A DNA stretch of 39,892 nt from a virus. How positions within the stretch are numbered: the stretch's first letter is position 1; every line of letters begins with the position of its first letter. Positions 7,564 through 16,677 of the stretch are shown in pieces. The stretch is taken from the UHGV virus genome UHGV-0038300. One strand, given 5' to 3'. A program made the translations under genes and the position numbers. The notes below the pieces were generated by a model. It had not been told where the DNA came from. It saw only the letters and a program-made list of their open reading frames with translations, and did not search any database.

Positions 7564-8429
7564 TGTTGCTAGCTCTTCTAATTATCCCAATCCTGGTTAG
7601 CGGTTATATTATGATAACCGCTAACCAGTATCATTATTTCCGTTTATACCGACACGAAGGCCAGCTTCTTTATATGAAAGTAGCGGCACTAGGTACATAT
7701 TGCCTTGTTGCATCAGTAATAATTGCAGCCGCTATAAAATATAAATGGCCTGATTTTCACCTAGTTCACGATATGGTGGAAACTTTTAATGTAACATCAA
7801 AACCAGAAACAGATAGAATTTACATGTGGCTGCTTCTTCTCTCAGCCACATCCATTTGCTTCTCTTTGTGTTATGTGTCTGTTGTGTGGGTGAAAGATTT
7901 TCTTCTTGGTTGTTTTTATAAACGTGATATTTACGAGCAAAAAACAGAGGCAATGAAGGCCAGAGTACTGCGAAAAACTTACTCGCAAGGTTCTTTAGAC
8001 TTACTATTGCTTGATGCTATTGAATCGGATCCTAAACGACCAATGCTGATTACTTTATCATCAAACAAAGTGTATGTTGGAATAATAAATGGTTCTGGTG
8101 AACCAACGGAAAATCAGGGTCCGCATCAGCACATATCTTTTGTTCCTTTAATGTCAGGATACAGGAACAAAGAAAACTTATCTGTCACATTCACTAATGC
8201 TTATCCAGGAGAAATACAGGTCAAGCGGACTGCAGCAATAAGAGGAATTAGCAGAAAGAAAGTGCCAGGACTTGAGATCATGGTGTCTATTGACGAAATA
8301 AGTTATATATCATGGTTTGATTTTGAAGTATATAAAGCAACAAATAACAAAGTAGAATCCAGGGGGCACGTTATTCGTGTTACCAAAAATGGAAGAAATA
8401 TATATCAAAGAAATAGCAAAAAAGAATAG
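7563..8429 (+). CDS. Hypothetical membrane protein (3 N-terminal TM helices plus a ~170-aa soluble C-terminal domain); candidate exclusion/abortive-infection-type accessory protein
   Basis: Long ORF with hydrophobic helices at about aa 2-18, 35-58 and 85-110; markedly AT-rich compared with flanking phage genes; exact start (GTG 7563 or a nearby codon) uncertain. Confidence 0.6.
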   Translation: MLLALLIIPILVSGYIMITANQYHYFRLYRHEGQLLYMKVAALGTYCLVASVIIAAAIKYKWPDFHLVHDMVETFNVTSKPETDRIYMWLLLLSATSICFSLCYVSVVWVKDFLLGCFYKRDIYEQKTEAMKARVLRKTYSQGSLDLLLLDAIESDPKRPMLITLSSNKVYVGIINGSGEPTENQGPHQHISFVPLMSGYRNKENLSVTFTNAYPGEIQVKRTAAIRGISRKKVPGLEIMVSIDEISYISWFDFEVYKATNNKVESRGHVIRVTKNGRNIYQRNSKKE

Positions 8430-8521
8430 CCCGCGCTGCGGGCTTTTTTGTGGACGAAACAAAAGTCAGTGCTACACTCATTGACGCCACATTGAGGTGG
8501 CTTATAGATGGAAATTTCACA

Positions 8522-8683
8522 ATGAAAAAAGCATTTGCTGCACTGTTCGTTTTGTTGTCTCTGGTAGCTTCAACTCAGGCCTTTGCCGGTCGTTGTCAGC
8601 ACGACAGCGATACTGCTGCAGACGGCTCCCGCTGCGGTGGGCGTTCTGCGGATTCCCGCCCGGGCGGCGGTGGCATTCGTTAA
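8522..8683 (+). CDS. Small secreted peptide candidate (53 aa; signal peptide then a Gly/Arg/Cys-rich tail)
   Basis: MKKAFAALFVLLSLVASTQAFA|GRC... has a classic Sec signal peptide; sigma70-like -35 TTGACG (8481-8486) and -10 TATAGA (8503-8508) upstream; the RBS is weak. Confidence 0.4.
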   Translation: MKKAFAALFVLLSLVASTQAFAGRCQHDSDTAADGSRCGGRSADSRPGGGGIR

Positions 8684-8705
8684 AAACAAGGCCGCGAAAG
8701 CGGCC
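8682..8705 (-). terminator. Rho-independent terminator closing the late structural operon
   Basis: GC stem ggccgc-gaaa-gcggcc (8690-8705) followed, on the minus strand, by a T-run (complement of aaaaa 8682-8686). Confidence 0.6.
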
Positions 8706-8719
8706 TGTGACATGTCACG
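8706..8719. repeat. Palindrome tGTGACATGTCACg, copy 1 of 3
   Basis: Perfect 12-bp palindrome GTGACATGTCAC immediately abutting the terminator stem; same core at 25588-25601 and 27853-27866. Confidence 0.7.
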
Positions 8720-8725
8720 CTCACG

Positions 8726-8866
8726 TTATGACAAGCCTATGTACCCTGCTACACCAGATAATATCAAAATAACTGCAACAGCAAATTCACCATCATCAAT
8801 GATACATTTACGGTTCATAACGCCAAGTGCAACAAGCGCAAACACAACAAGAATAAAAGCAATCAT
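8726..8866 (-). CDS. Small hydrophobic protein (46 aa, two predicted TM segments), not in the supplied ORF track
   Basis: Manual translation MIAFILVVFALVALGVMNRKCIIDDGEFAVAVILILSGVAGYIGLS*; RBS aaggatga before the ATG; lies between the last ejection-protein gene and the terminator. Confidence 0.4.
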   Translation of the reverse strand: MIAFILVVFALVALGVMNRKCIIDDGEFAVAVILILSGVAGYIGLS

Positions 8867-8875
8867 TTCTCATCC

Positions 8876-11350
8876 TTATTGCGGAGTGACATCCTGAGGT
8901 CGCCACCAGTATGTCTGGTTAAACTCTTTCTTCGAACGTTGCTCCATTTTACGCAAATAACCTGGTGAAAAATACTCCTGCATCTGGTTAAAGATCATGT
9001 GATCGAGAGCCGCCTTTAAGTACCAGAGATTCGCACCTGGCATCAGACCTTTCCCCAGCTTGACCAGATCACCACCAGTCTGCTCATTCTTCCCTTCCAC
9101 AGCATTTAACGGTATGCCCTGAGCAATCTTCACTACGTCATCAACCAGACCAGCTACCGGGCCAAGCATCGACGCCAGCGCGCCGCTTCCGTACCTAGTG
9201 TGATCTGACAATAAAAAGTCACCGTAAAGGCCAAGACCACCACCTTTCAGTAGAGCACCAAGCCAAAATTTAGCAGCATCTTCTCCTGTCATCTCACGAG
9301 GATTACGACCAGACGCAAGGTCGTTAAGTTGCTGCGACAAAGCGCCAAGAATGGTCGTACTGGCAATAAACGTCGCAATATATGCCGCACGCCCACCAGC
9401 AGACGGCATACCCATAGCGCGTGACCAGTGACGCATAACCACCGAGATAGGGAACGATTTAAACAGGAAAACACTTCTCGTTAATTCACCTTTCCATGTT
9501 CCACGCTGAATACCAGAACCGGTTATCAGTTGCTCACGTGCTCCCGGTGTAATAACAGCCATATCAACTTCTTCAGTTACGGCACCGAGCAGTTTACGCA
9601 TTGCCTCAAATTTCACGCGTTCAGACTCACCAAGATGTTTAACTGCTGAATCAGGGATACGCATAATGCTTTCCGGTGTCAGCATCGTATTATTACCGTT
9701 CCCCCAGTCCTCCTGTTGCGCCAGCTTCCATACGCTCCAGTCTGTGTCAGTAATCCCTTTGCTTTTCAGGATACGAAAATCAGAGTCATCGAGGCTACGA
9801 AGGTCTGGTGTCCGTGACACTACTTCTCCCAGGCTTCCCATCATGGTTACGCCATAGGCGCGCTTGTGCGCATCTGACCATGCTGTAAGCCCACTGGCAC
9901 GCATTACCGCCGTTGCCGCCCAACGAGACACTGACGGCCCCATATTATCCATCGCCCAGCGGTTAACGCTGCCAAGTAGAGATTCCATCGCCAGACCAGC
10001 GCGGCGCGCCCGCGCAAGTTCTGTACGGTTCGTTGGGTCCATAGCTTCAAGCTGGTTGCGGAATAACTGGTTCATTGGAAGGTTGGTAACCTTCGCAGAC
10101 AGATACATGGTTCCAAGATCAGAGAACGATGACAGCAACGCGGATCCGAGTCTGCTGGCAACCAGCCAGTTGCGGATATTGTCAGACCATCGCGCGATGT
10201 GCGGATTCGCTACAGGCTGTGTCTTTCCGGAAATAAAGTTGTACAGATTCTCTGTGTTGTTCGCCAGCCGCTCGACTTTACCGGTTTTACTCGGGTTAGC
10301 TGTTGCCGTTTCTGCCTTAACCTGATCAAGAAGGGAGCGGAAAACATGATCGGGGTTTGGACCATATGTTTCCACCAGAGCAATATCTTTACTGATACCT
10401 TCCAGGTGACCGACCATGATTTCCCATAGAGAGCGATCACCATAAAGTTGTTGATATTGGAGATAGGAATCTGCATCTTTGAAATGTATCTGTCGTGATG
10501 CATTACCACGGTTAGCACGTGCGCCGGAAATTCGCATTCCGGTATCAGTAAGCTTATTCAGCCCACCAGTAGCGATCGTGTTATAAGCCTCTCCAAGAAA
10601 TGCAGACAACTCGGCATCGTTCATCAGTTGTCCATCGGCTCGGGTATAATATTTGCGATCCAGCTTACCTATAACATCGCCAACCCACTTATCCTTTGAT
10701 ACCGCCCCAACCTTTTCCATAGAATGATGTTGAGGGATCCCCCAGTTTTCGAGATAGCCAATGTCCCCACCAGCATCATTAAACCGGCGGCGCAGCAGCT
10801 CTGTAACTTCTCTCCACGCCTTAGCACCTTTTCTTGCTTTAGCATTGCCAGTATTTTGCCCTCGCATTTCATATACCAGGTCACGCACGCCAGCTTCATC
10901 TTCAAACAGGCCAAAAAAGCGAGGATCAACTGCTTCAAATGCCTCTTGCAATTGACTCAATGCATAATCACGAGTGGCTTTTGTTCTGGACTCAACAGAG
11001 AGGAAATTCGATTTACCGTCTGCATTAAAAGCAATAGTACGGTTAAGAGCGCCAAGTTTCCCATCAGCCCCTTGATAGCTATTGATAAATTTATCCAATC
11101 TCTGACGTGCGGCTATAGTGAGGGCCACACGACGTTTCTTTAATGCCGCTTCTCGCTGTAATTCTTCAGATGCCAATTGTGCTGCACGATATAGCCGCTC
11201 TGATTCGGAAAGTTGTCTCCACGACATCGGGTCATCACGAGCAATGGAGCGCATATTTCGATAAATGCGGTCTTCAATGTTCTGTATTTCTCGCGCCGTT
11301 AACGTGCGCTGCGCCGCCTGCTGGACCGCTTGTATACATTCCTGTCTCAT
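8876..11350 (-). CDS. Large internal virion / DNA-ejection protein (gp16-position in a T7-like order)
   Basis: 824-aa ORF at the end of the structural operon after two other large ejection-type proteins; no enzymatic motif recognised. Confidence 0.6.
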   Translation of the reverse strand: MRQECIQAVQQAAQRTLTAREIQNIEDRIYRNMRSIARDDPMSWRQLSESERLYRAAQLASEELQREAALKKRRVALTIAARQRLDKFINSYQGADGKLGALNRTIAFNADGKSNFLSVESRTKATRDYALSQLQEAFEAVDPRFFGLFEDEAGVRDLVYEMRGQNTGNAKARKGAKAWREVTELLRRRFNDAGGDIGYLENWGIPQHHSMEKVGAVSKDKWVGDVIGKLDRKYYTRADGQLMNDAELSAFLGEAYNTIATGGLNKLTDTGMRISGARANRGNASRQIHFKDADSYLQYQQLYGDRSLWEIMVGHLEGISKDIALVETYGPNPDHVFRSLLDQVKAETATANPSKTGKVERLANNTENLYNFISGKTQPVANPHIARWSDNIRNWLVASRLGSALLSSFSDLGTMYLSAKVTNLPMNQLFRNQLEAMDPTNRTELARARRAGLAMESLLGSVNRWAMDNMGPSVSRWAATAVMRASGLTAWSDAHKRAYGVTMMGSLGEVVSRTPDLRSLDDSDFRILKSKGITDTDWSVWKLAQQEDWGNGNNTMLTPESIMRIPDSAVKHLGESERVKFEAMRKLLGAVTEEVDMAVITPGAREQLITGSGIQRGTWKGELTRSVFLFKSFPISVVMRHWSRAMGMPSAGGRAAYIATFIASTTILGALSQQLNDLASGRNPREMTGEDAAKFWLGALLKGGGLGLYGDFLLSDHTRYGSGALASMLGPVAGLVDDVVKIAQGIPLNAVEGKNEQTGGDLVKLGKGLMPGANLWYLKAALDHMIFNQMQEYFSPGYLRKMEQRSKKEFNQTYWWRPQDVTPQ

Positions 11351-11355
11351 TTAAT

Positions 11356-13158
11356 TTAACCTCTCAAGAAACACGCCACAGCGACATCAAACAGGCTTGA
11401 ATCCTGTATTGCCTGCTCACTTTCCCTGTTCGCTTCATCCAGTACTTCACGCGCGCTGCGCGATTGTGGATTACCATCATCATCCAGCACGGTGATTATC
11501 ATGTCAGGTGATTCAAGCAGCGAGTCTTCAGCTATGCGCAGATCAATATCTCCCGCCTGATCCGCCATCATTTTTTGTTCTGCCTGTTGCAATATTTTAT
11601 CAGGCTCAAAAGGAGCTACTTCGTCTGGCGTCCTGACCTCTGCTGTTTTATAGAATGAAACAGCCTGAGCATTAAGTTCACTTTCTGCCTGCTGTCTCCG
11701 AGCCAGTTCTGCTCGAGCTTCAAAAAACTGACCGCCAGGCTCGTGCGGTGCCAACGCGTTACGGGAAAATTCTAGGCGTTCTTGTGCCTGCCGGATTCGT
11801 TGATCAATATCGCGAAGTCTGGCCTGTTTATCTGATCGAGCACGAGACAAAGCTTTACCGCTACCGGTTGGATCTTCTGCAAGAATTTGTGCACGCTGTT
11901 CAGTGAGATTTTCAATAATTCGTTGGCTATTAGCGATTTCAGACTGGTAAACCTGTCTATCTCCACGCGGCAAAAGCTGCGCGGCCTGTTCTTCAAGCAA
12001 CCGATTTTCTATAGCGCGCGCCGTTACTCCATCATCTACAGATGACAGAGCCTCATTAACTGCCTGAGACAGCAGACTCTTGCGCCCAGGAATTTCACTG
12101 AAAGATGCAGACTCAACAATGCTGGCAACGTCTACAGGTCTCCCTTGGCTAACATCAGACATAGCTTTTCGCAGAGCCTGAATGTGAGAATTGCGCGAAA
12201 GCACGTTGATAGGCACGCCTGGCGCAATATCAATTTCAGCATGATGAGCGGCATTCGCCGCCAGTGCAGCATCGATATCAACTGGTGAAAAATTTGGTGC
12301 GTTTATAGACTCGCCGCGAGAGTTAATAAATCTGCCGACACCACCAAACGCCACCCCAAGAACAGCATCAATAGCAATTGCCTGTCGATCCAACACATCA
12401 TACTGGTTAGCCATTTCGCTATAGCCACCATCACGAAGCGTTTTTGCAGTAAGCCCACGCTGTGCCATACCGAACGCAATATTTGTACCTGCGGCATAGG
12501 CAATATCTGGCGTTGCACGTACTGCTGTTGCTGCGGCGCGTCGCACTGAACTCTCACCCGTCCGCGCAAGCTGAGCCGCCACACCTTCCGCCAGCGCACC
12601 ACCAGCACGTAACCCGAGGCTCATAGGGATCAGTGTTCCGGCACCAGCAGTAATGCCCTGCACTAATCCCGCTTCCTGCGCCGTCCTGAAATCAACACCC
12701 TGTGCTGTCAGCCGTTCAAACTCAGAAAAACCCTGTAGCGAAGTTACCGCCGCTGCACCTCCGACAGGACCACCGAGCGTTGTACCGACAACAGCCTGCC
12801 CGCCCATATCGAACAACCCATAAAGAACCTGCCCGGCGGTTCCGGTTGTCGCGGCATCAGGCGTCAGCCGCTTAACCTGCTGCTCTGCTAGTTTTCCCTG
12901 CTCAGCAATGTATGAAACTGAAGTGTCATTGAGCGAGGTGTTTTCGTTAACAAACTGAGCAATCGGGGATACGATTTTATCCATCCCTGCCCATAGCAAC
13001 TGATCTGGCTTTGCCACCAGTCCGGAGTACAAACCAGACAATGCCGCTCCTACAGCATTGTCGAAAAAACCAACATCGCTGTTAAAGCCAGCTGGATTTG
13101 ATGCTGCTTCGTCAAGCTGCTGATTCTGGTTTACTGGATTAAGGCCAAAGTAACTCAT
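11356..13158 (-). CDS. Internal virion / ejection protein (600 aa)
   Basis: Long Ala/Gly-rich ORF in the structural operon, tightly packed between two other large virion protein genes. Confidence 0.55.
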   Translation of the reverse strand: MSYFGLNPVNQNQQLDEAASNPAGFNSDVGFFDNAVGAALSGLYSGLVAKPDQLLWAGMDKIVSPIAQFVNENTSLNDTSVSYIAEQGKLAEQQVKRLTPDAATTGTAGQVLYGLFDMGGQAVVGTTLGGPVGGAAAVTSLQGFSEFERLTAQGVDFRTAQEAGLVQGITAGAGTLIPMSLGLRAGGALAEGVAAQLARTGESSVRRAAATAVRATPDIAYAAGTNIAFGMAQRGLTAKTLRDGGYSEMANQYDVLDRQAIAIDAVLGVAFGGVGRFINSRGESINAPNFSPVDIDAALAANAAHHAEIDIAPGVPINVLSRNSHIQALRKAMSDVSQGRPVDVASIVESASFSEIPGRKSLLSQAVNEALSSVDDGVTARAIENRLLEEQAAQLLPRGDRQVYQSEIANSQRIIENLTEQRAQILAEDPTGSGKALSRARSDKQARLRDIDQRIRQAQERLEFSRNALAPHEPGGQFFEARAELARRQQAESELNAQAVSFYKTAEVRTPDEVAPFEPDKILQQAEQKMMADQAGDIDLRIAEDSLLESPDMIITVLDDDGNPQSRSAREVLDEANRESEQAIQDSSLFDVAVACFLRG

Positions 13159-15668
13159 TGCGGAATATCTCCGGAGAATCTCTGACGCTTCTGTGTCAGA
13201 TTAAGAACAACGGGAGAACCATCATCTTTCAGCAGATAACCAGTACCAAGTTTCACCAGGTACTGACTATCGCCGTAACTTTGCAAACCATACTGACCAG
13301 GCGGTGTTTTTATCCCGGAGCCGACAACTTGTTCATTCCAAGCCTGATTAACCTGCTTATCGAATTGCTCTGCAGACATTCCCCACGGCAAAAGGACATT
13401 CCCCATTCCGTTATAGTCATGCACGCCACCTGTAGCTACGTTAACAGCCTGTTTCCAGACATCATTGTCAATTTCGCCTGATACCACGCCTTTTTTCGCC
13501 ATCACACCAGCGTAATAATCCTTTGCGATCTCGTATGCCATTGATGCCCCCTGAGCGTCACCAGCAAATGCATCCTTCACCATGTCAGAAAACTCAAGGC
13601 GAAGATCAGCATCTTTAGGCATCGGAATACCTTTCGCATCATCAGTACCTTTACGAGCCGCCGCGCCAGCAAGAATTGTCTGCGCAGCGGTTTCAGGAGA
13701 CACGGAAACATCCGGATTAAACCAGTTTTTTTCTGCCAAAATACCACCAGGCTTATCCATCAGTATCCCGGCAACGGCAGCAGATGGAGCGTTGGCACTG
13801 ATCTGCTGTAGTGCTGACATATACACCTGCCCACCACCAGTGCTCTGCCTGATGGTATCGAGATATGCTGCCTGTTGGGAAACTGGAGCATCACGAAAGA
13901 AAACACCGATCTGATTGGCCTCGTCTTTGGAAAAGAACGTCAGTGGAGTGCCATATGACTTAGCAAGGTCACTGACCTGAGCGGCACGCAAGGCAACGCT
14001 CTGTCCAAAGTTATCCTTATTGCTTATGTCGATAGGCTTTGCCTGTCCGGAGGCAAGAGAGAACTGCACAGGATCCGACTGCCGCTGCTTTATCACCTGA
14101 TTTGCAGCCGAAACAACGTTGTCATAAAGAGCTGCGCGAGACGCATAACCCTCCCCTGTCTCACCAGTATCCGGGCGTAATTGCTCAACATATGCTGTAA
14201 TGCTGCTTGTCGGCATGTTGCGGAAAGAGCCTATATACTGTCCGGCGATCTGCGTATTCTTAAAATCGGTATATCGCAGGTTTCCTTCTCTGACTCCATA
14301 AGCTGCAATAAAATCAGCCTCACCAGGTGGGTTAGGAAATTCAACGCCACGCATATACGCAGCCGTCGCATCGCGAACCTGGCTGTCAATCATCGTTTTA
14401 TATTCAGCCTGCTGCCGCCGACGCAGTTGATCCGCCTGCCGCATAAAACTTGCCTGAGCCTCAGGAGATGCCGCATCGAATGCTGCATTACCGGTATAGC
14501 GTTTGGTGTTGGTTGGAATTGTTGATAAACCAAGTGCTGCACTGACACCAGCAGTTAACTGCTGATCACTGTATGGCTGGCTACCGTTCTCATGATGGAT
14601 AATGGCTGCACAAAGCGCCTTCAGGGTATCAGGATTTGATGCATCGAGAGGCTCATCAGCAGAAACGCCAAGTTGTTCGCACACTGCTTTGATATACGAC
14701 ATAGTGTCATTTTTATCAGTAGGCGGTGCCCAGCGATTAATTATCTCGCTGACGGTATCAATACCCTGCCGCTGATACGACATCAGGTTCCGCCCTAATG
14801 CACGAATCCCGTGTTCAGGTGTTTCGAATTTAGCAAATCTACCATCATCACCGGTCTGGCCTACCCACGGATTAGTTTTGCTGTATTCGAGATTTCCGGG
14901 GTTATTGTTGCGTATGCCACGGACACGCTCGGAAGAGCCACTATCTGTTACAGCACGGCGAGCTCCAGCAGCAGTATCACTTAACTCGCCATTACTTTGG
15001 ATGAATGCGGTCGCATTGTTTGCCGACCACTGGGACAATGCTGCATCAGCAACCTTCTCTTTAAACTCGATTTTCTTGGCCTGTATTTGCTCGTCGCTCC
15101 AGCCATGTGCAGCACCGTACTCCTCAATTTGCTGGAAAGTTTGCTTATTAGCCAATACGTATGCGGCATTGTCGCCATACAATGCTGCGGCATTTTTACC
15201 ATTGTTCAGCAGCGTCGCCTGAAACTGACCTTCTTCGTAGGCATTAATTTGCCCTATCTCGTGCCGCCCGGCCTGCGTAGTGAACTGAATGCGCTGCTGC
15301 TGCGCCTGCTGCATGAAAGCATTACGAGCCTGTTCATCCGGCAGCGACATAGCCAGTTGTTCGACCTGAGCATCAAACTGCTGCGTATACTCATGGCCTT
15401 TTCCAATAGCATTTTTCCCTTTCAGGTTAAGCAAACCTGTTTCAGGGTTATTCAGCAGATCACTGCTTATCTGACTGAGGTTAAGAGATGCCTCCTGAGC
15501 CAGAGCGATATTGGCACGCTGTTTTGCCTGCCCCAAAACATCAATTGCCTCTGTCCCTGCCCGAACAAAAGCATCACCAATACCTGGCTGAGAAAACGTC
15601 TGCAAGCCTGCTGACTGAACTCCACGGCTCTCAACCTGGCGTCCGGATACTGTTGGTACGACTGGCAT
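13155..15668 (-). CDS. Internal virion / ejection protein with a possible peptidoglycan-hydrolase-like segment (gp15-position)
   Basis: Likely start is the ATG at 15668 (RBS ggagg; stop/start overlap with the upstream gene); contains a ...GIRNNNPGNLEY...W... segment of the kind seen in virion-associated wall-degrading domains (tentative). Confidence 0.55.
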   Translation of the reverse strand: MPVVPTVSGRQVESRGVQSAGLQTFSQPGIGDAFVRAGTEAIDVLGQAKQRANIALAQEASLNLSQISSDLLNNPETGLLNLKGKNAIGKGHEYTQQFDAQVEQLAMSLPDEQARNAFMQQAQQQRIQFTTQAGRHEIGQINAYEEGQFQATLLNNGKNAAALYGDNAAYVLANKQTFQQIEEYGAAHGWSDEQIQAKKIEFKEKVADAALSQWSANNATAFIQSNGELSDTAAGARRAVTDSGSSERVRGIRNNNPGNLEYSKTNPWVGQTGDDGRFAKFETPEHGIRALGRNLMSYQRQGIDTVSEIINRWAPPTDKNDTMSYIKAVCEQLGVSADEPLDASNPDTLKALCAAIIHHENGSQPYSDQQLTAGVSAALGLSTIPTNTKRYTGNAAFDAASPEAQASFMRQADQLRRRQQAEYKTMIDSQVRDATAAYMRGVEFPNPPGEADFIAAYGVREGNLRYTDFKNTQIAGQYIGSFRNMPTSSITAYVEQLRPDTGETGEGYASRAALYDNVVSAANQVIKQRQSDPVQFSLASGQAKPIDISNKDNFGQSVALRAAQVSDLAKSYGTPLTFFSKDEANQIGVFFRDAPVSQQAAYLDTIRQSTGGGQVYMSALQQISANAPSAAVAGILMDKPGGILAEKNWFNPDVSVSPETAAQTILAGAAARKGTDDAKGIPMPKDADLRLEFSDMVKDAFAGDAQGASMAYEIAKDYYAGVMAKKGVVSGEIDNDVWKQAVNVATGGVHDYNGMGNVLLPWGMSAEQFDKQVNQAWNEQVVGSGIKTPPGQYGLQSYGDSQYLVKLGTGYLLKDDGSPVVLNLTQKRQRFSGDIPQ

Positions 15669-16213
15669 TATAATCCTCCGGGTAATCTGGTTCCTGCTGC
15701 TGCCCCGATTGGCGCAGGGGTGCTTTGAGTAAACGGACTCCACGTCCCACCAAACATCTGGTACGCACCGTATGCCTTCAGAGGCTCAGTGAGCAATGTT
15801 GTTGCTGCTCCCACATTCCCCTGTTTACGGGCTGAACTGGCTTCTGCTTTATAGTTGGCAGCCTGAACCTGATAACCGTAAGCCTCGCGTTGCGCGTTAT
15901 TCACCGTCGTCAGCGAATCAAGAGCGCCAAACTGGGCAGTGTCGCCAAATATATCCAGCGCGTTACCTGTAGATAAATCAGCGCCGGTAGCCCCCATTGT
16001 CGCTGCCTGTGTACCAAGCCGCTGTCGGGTCTCTCTGCGCCGTTGCTCAGCTTCAGCGTTACCCCTGTTTATTGCATCATTTGCCTGAGCTGTGGCTATA
16101 TCTGCGTTCGCTTCTGCAACCTTCGAGGCATACTTTCCCTGTTGGTACTGGGTGTATGCCTGAATGCCACTCATGACGAGCATTGCGCCACCAGCAATAA
16201 CCGGATCGCACAT
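15668..16213 (-). CDS. Virion structural protein (gp14-position), hypothetical
   Basis: 181 aa with a hydrophobic N-terminus; position in the structural operon. Confidence 0.45.
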   Translation of the reverse strand: MCDPVIAGGAMLVMSGIQAYTQYQQGKYASKVAEANADIATAQANDAINRGNAEAEQRRRETRQRLGTQAATMGATGADLSTGNALDIFGDTAQFGALDSLTTVNNAQREAYGYQVQAANYKAEASSARKQGNVGAATTLLTEPLKAYGAYQMFGGTWSPFTQSTPAPIGAAAGTRLPGGL

Positions 16214-16677
16214 TATTTTCTCTCCATGTGAAATCTGTGGAAATTAAGACCAAGTGCACCATAAGGCGCGGCTTCTTCAAGCCTGAACCCAAGCCAGTGC
16301 AGCCATGCTTTGGCAACATGGTTTCGCTCGTCGACGTAGTTTTCCAGGCGCGGATAAACTGCCAGCATCTGCTGCAATACAGGGCGGCAGTGGCGAAGAA
16401 ATGTCTTCTGATATTTTTCAATACGGCTTGTCCCGACCAGCCAGGGCGTACCATTGCCACCGATCATTGACGCCGGAGATACACCAAACATGGTTACCAG
16501 TTCTCCGTTCGCGAACCCTGACCAGGCCATAGTCGCAGTGCGCAGACCAACGCGCAGCGCATCTTCGGTAGTCATCAGCGATACCGCATATAGTTCGTCA
16601 ATATCAGCCTGACGAACATCCGGCAAAATCATCTGAAGATGCTCTTCGGTAGCGGGAATAATTTGAATATCGATCAT
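16213..16677 (-). CDS. Virion structural protein (gp13-position), hypothetical
   Basis: 154 aa; overlapping stop/start with flanking structural genes. Confidence 0.45.
   Translation of the reverse strand: MIDIQIIPATEEHLQMILPDVRQADIDELYAVSLMTTEDALRVGLRTATMAWSGFANGELVTMFGVSPASMIGGNGTPWLVGTSRIEKYQKTFLRHCRPVLQQMLAVYPRLENYVDERNHVAKAWLHWLGFRLEEAAPYGALGLNFHRFHMERK

Noticed and set aside
16213-16677. Possible GNAT acetyltransferase assignment for the 154-aa structural-operon protein
   Set aside because: Only a vague ...WLHWLGFR... resemblance; no acetyl-CoA-binding motif identified, and its position favours a virion protein.
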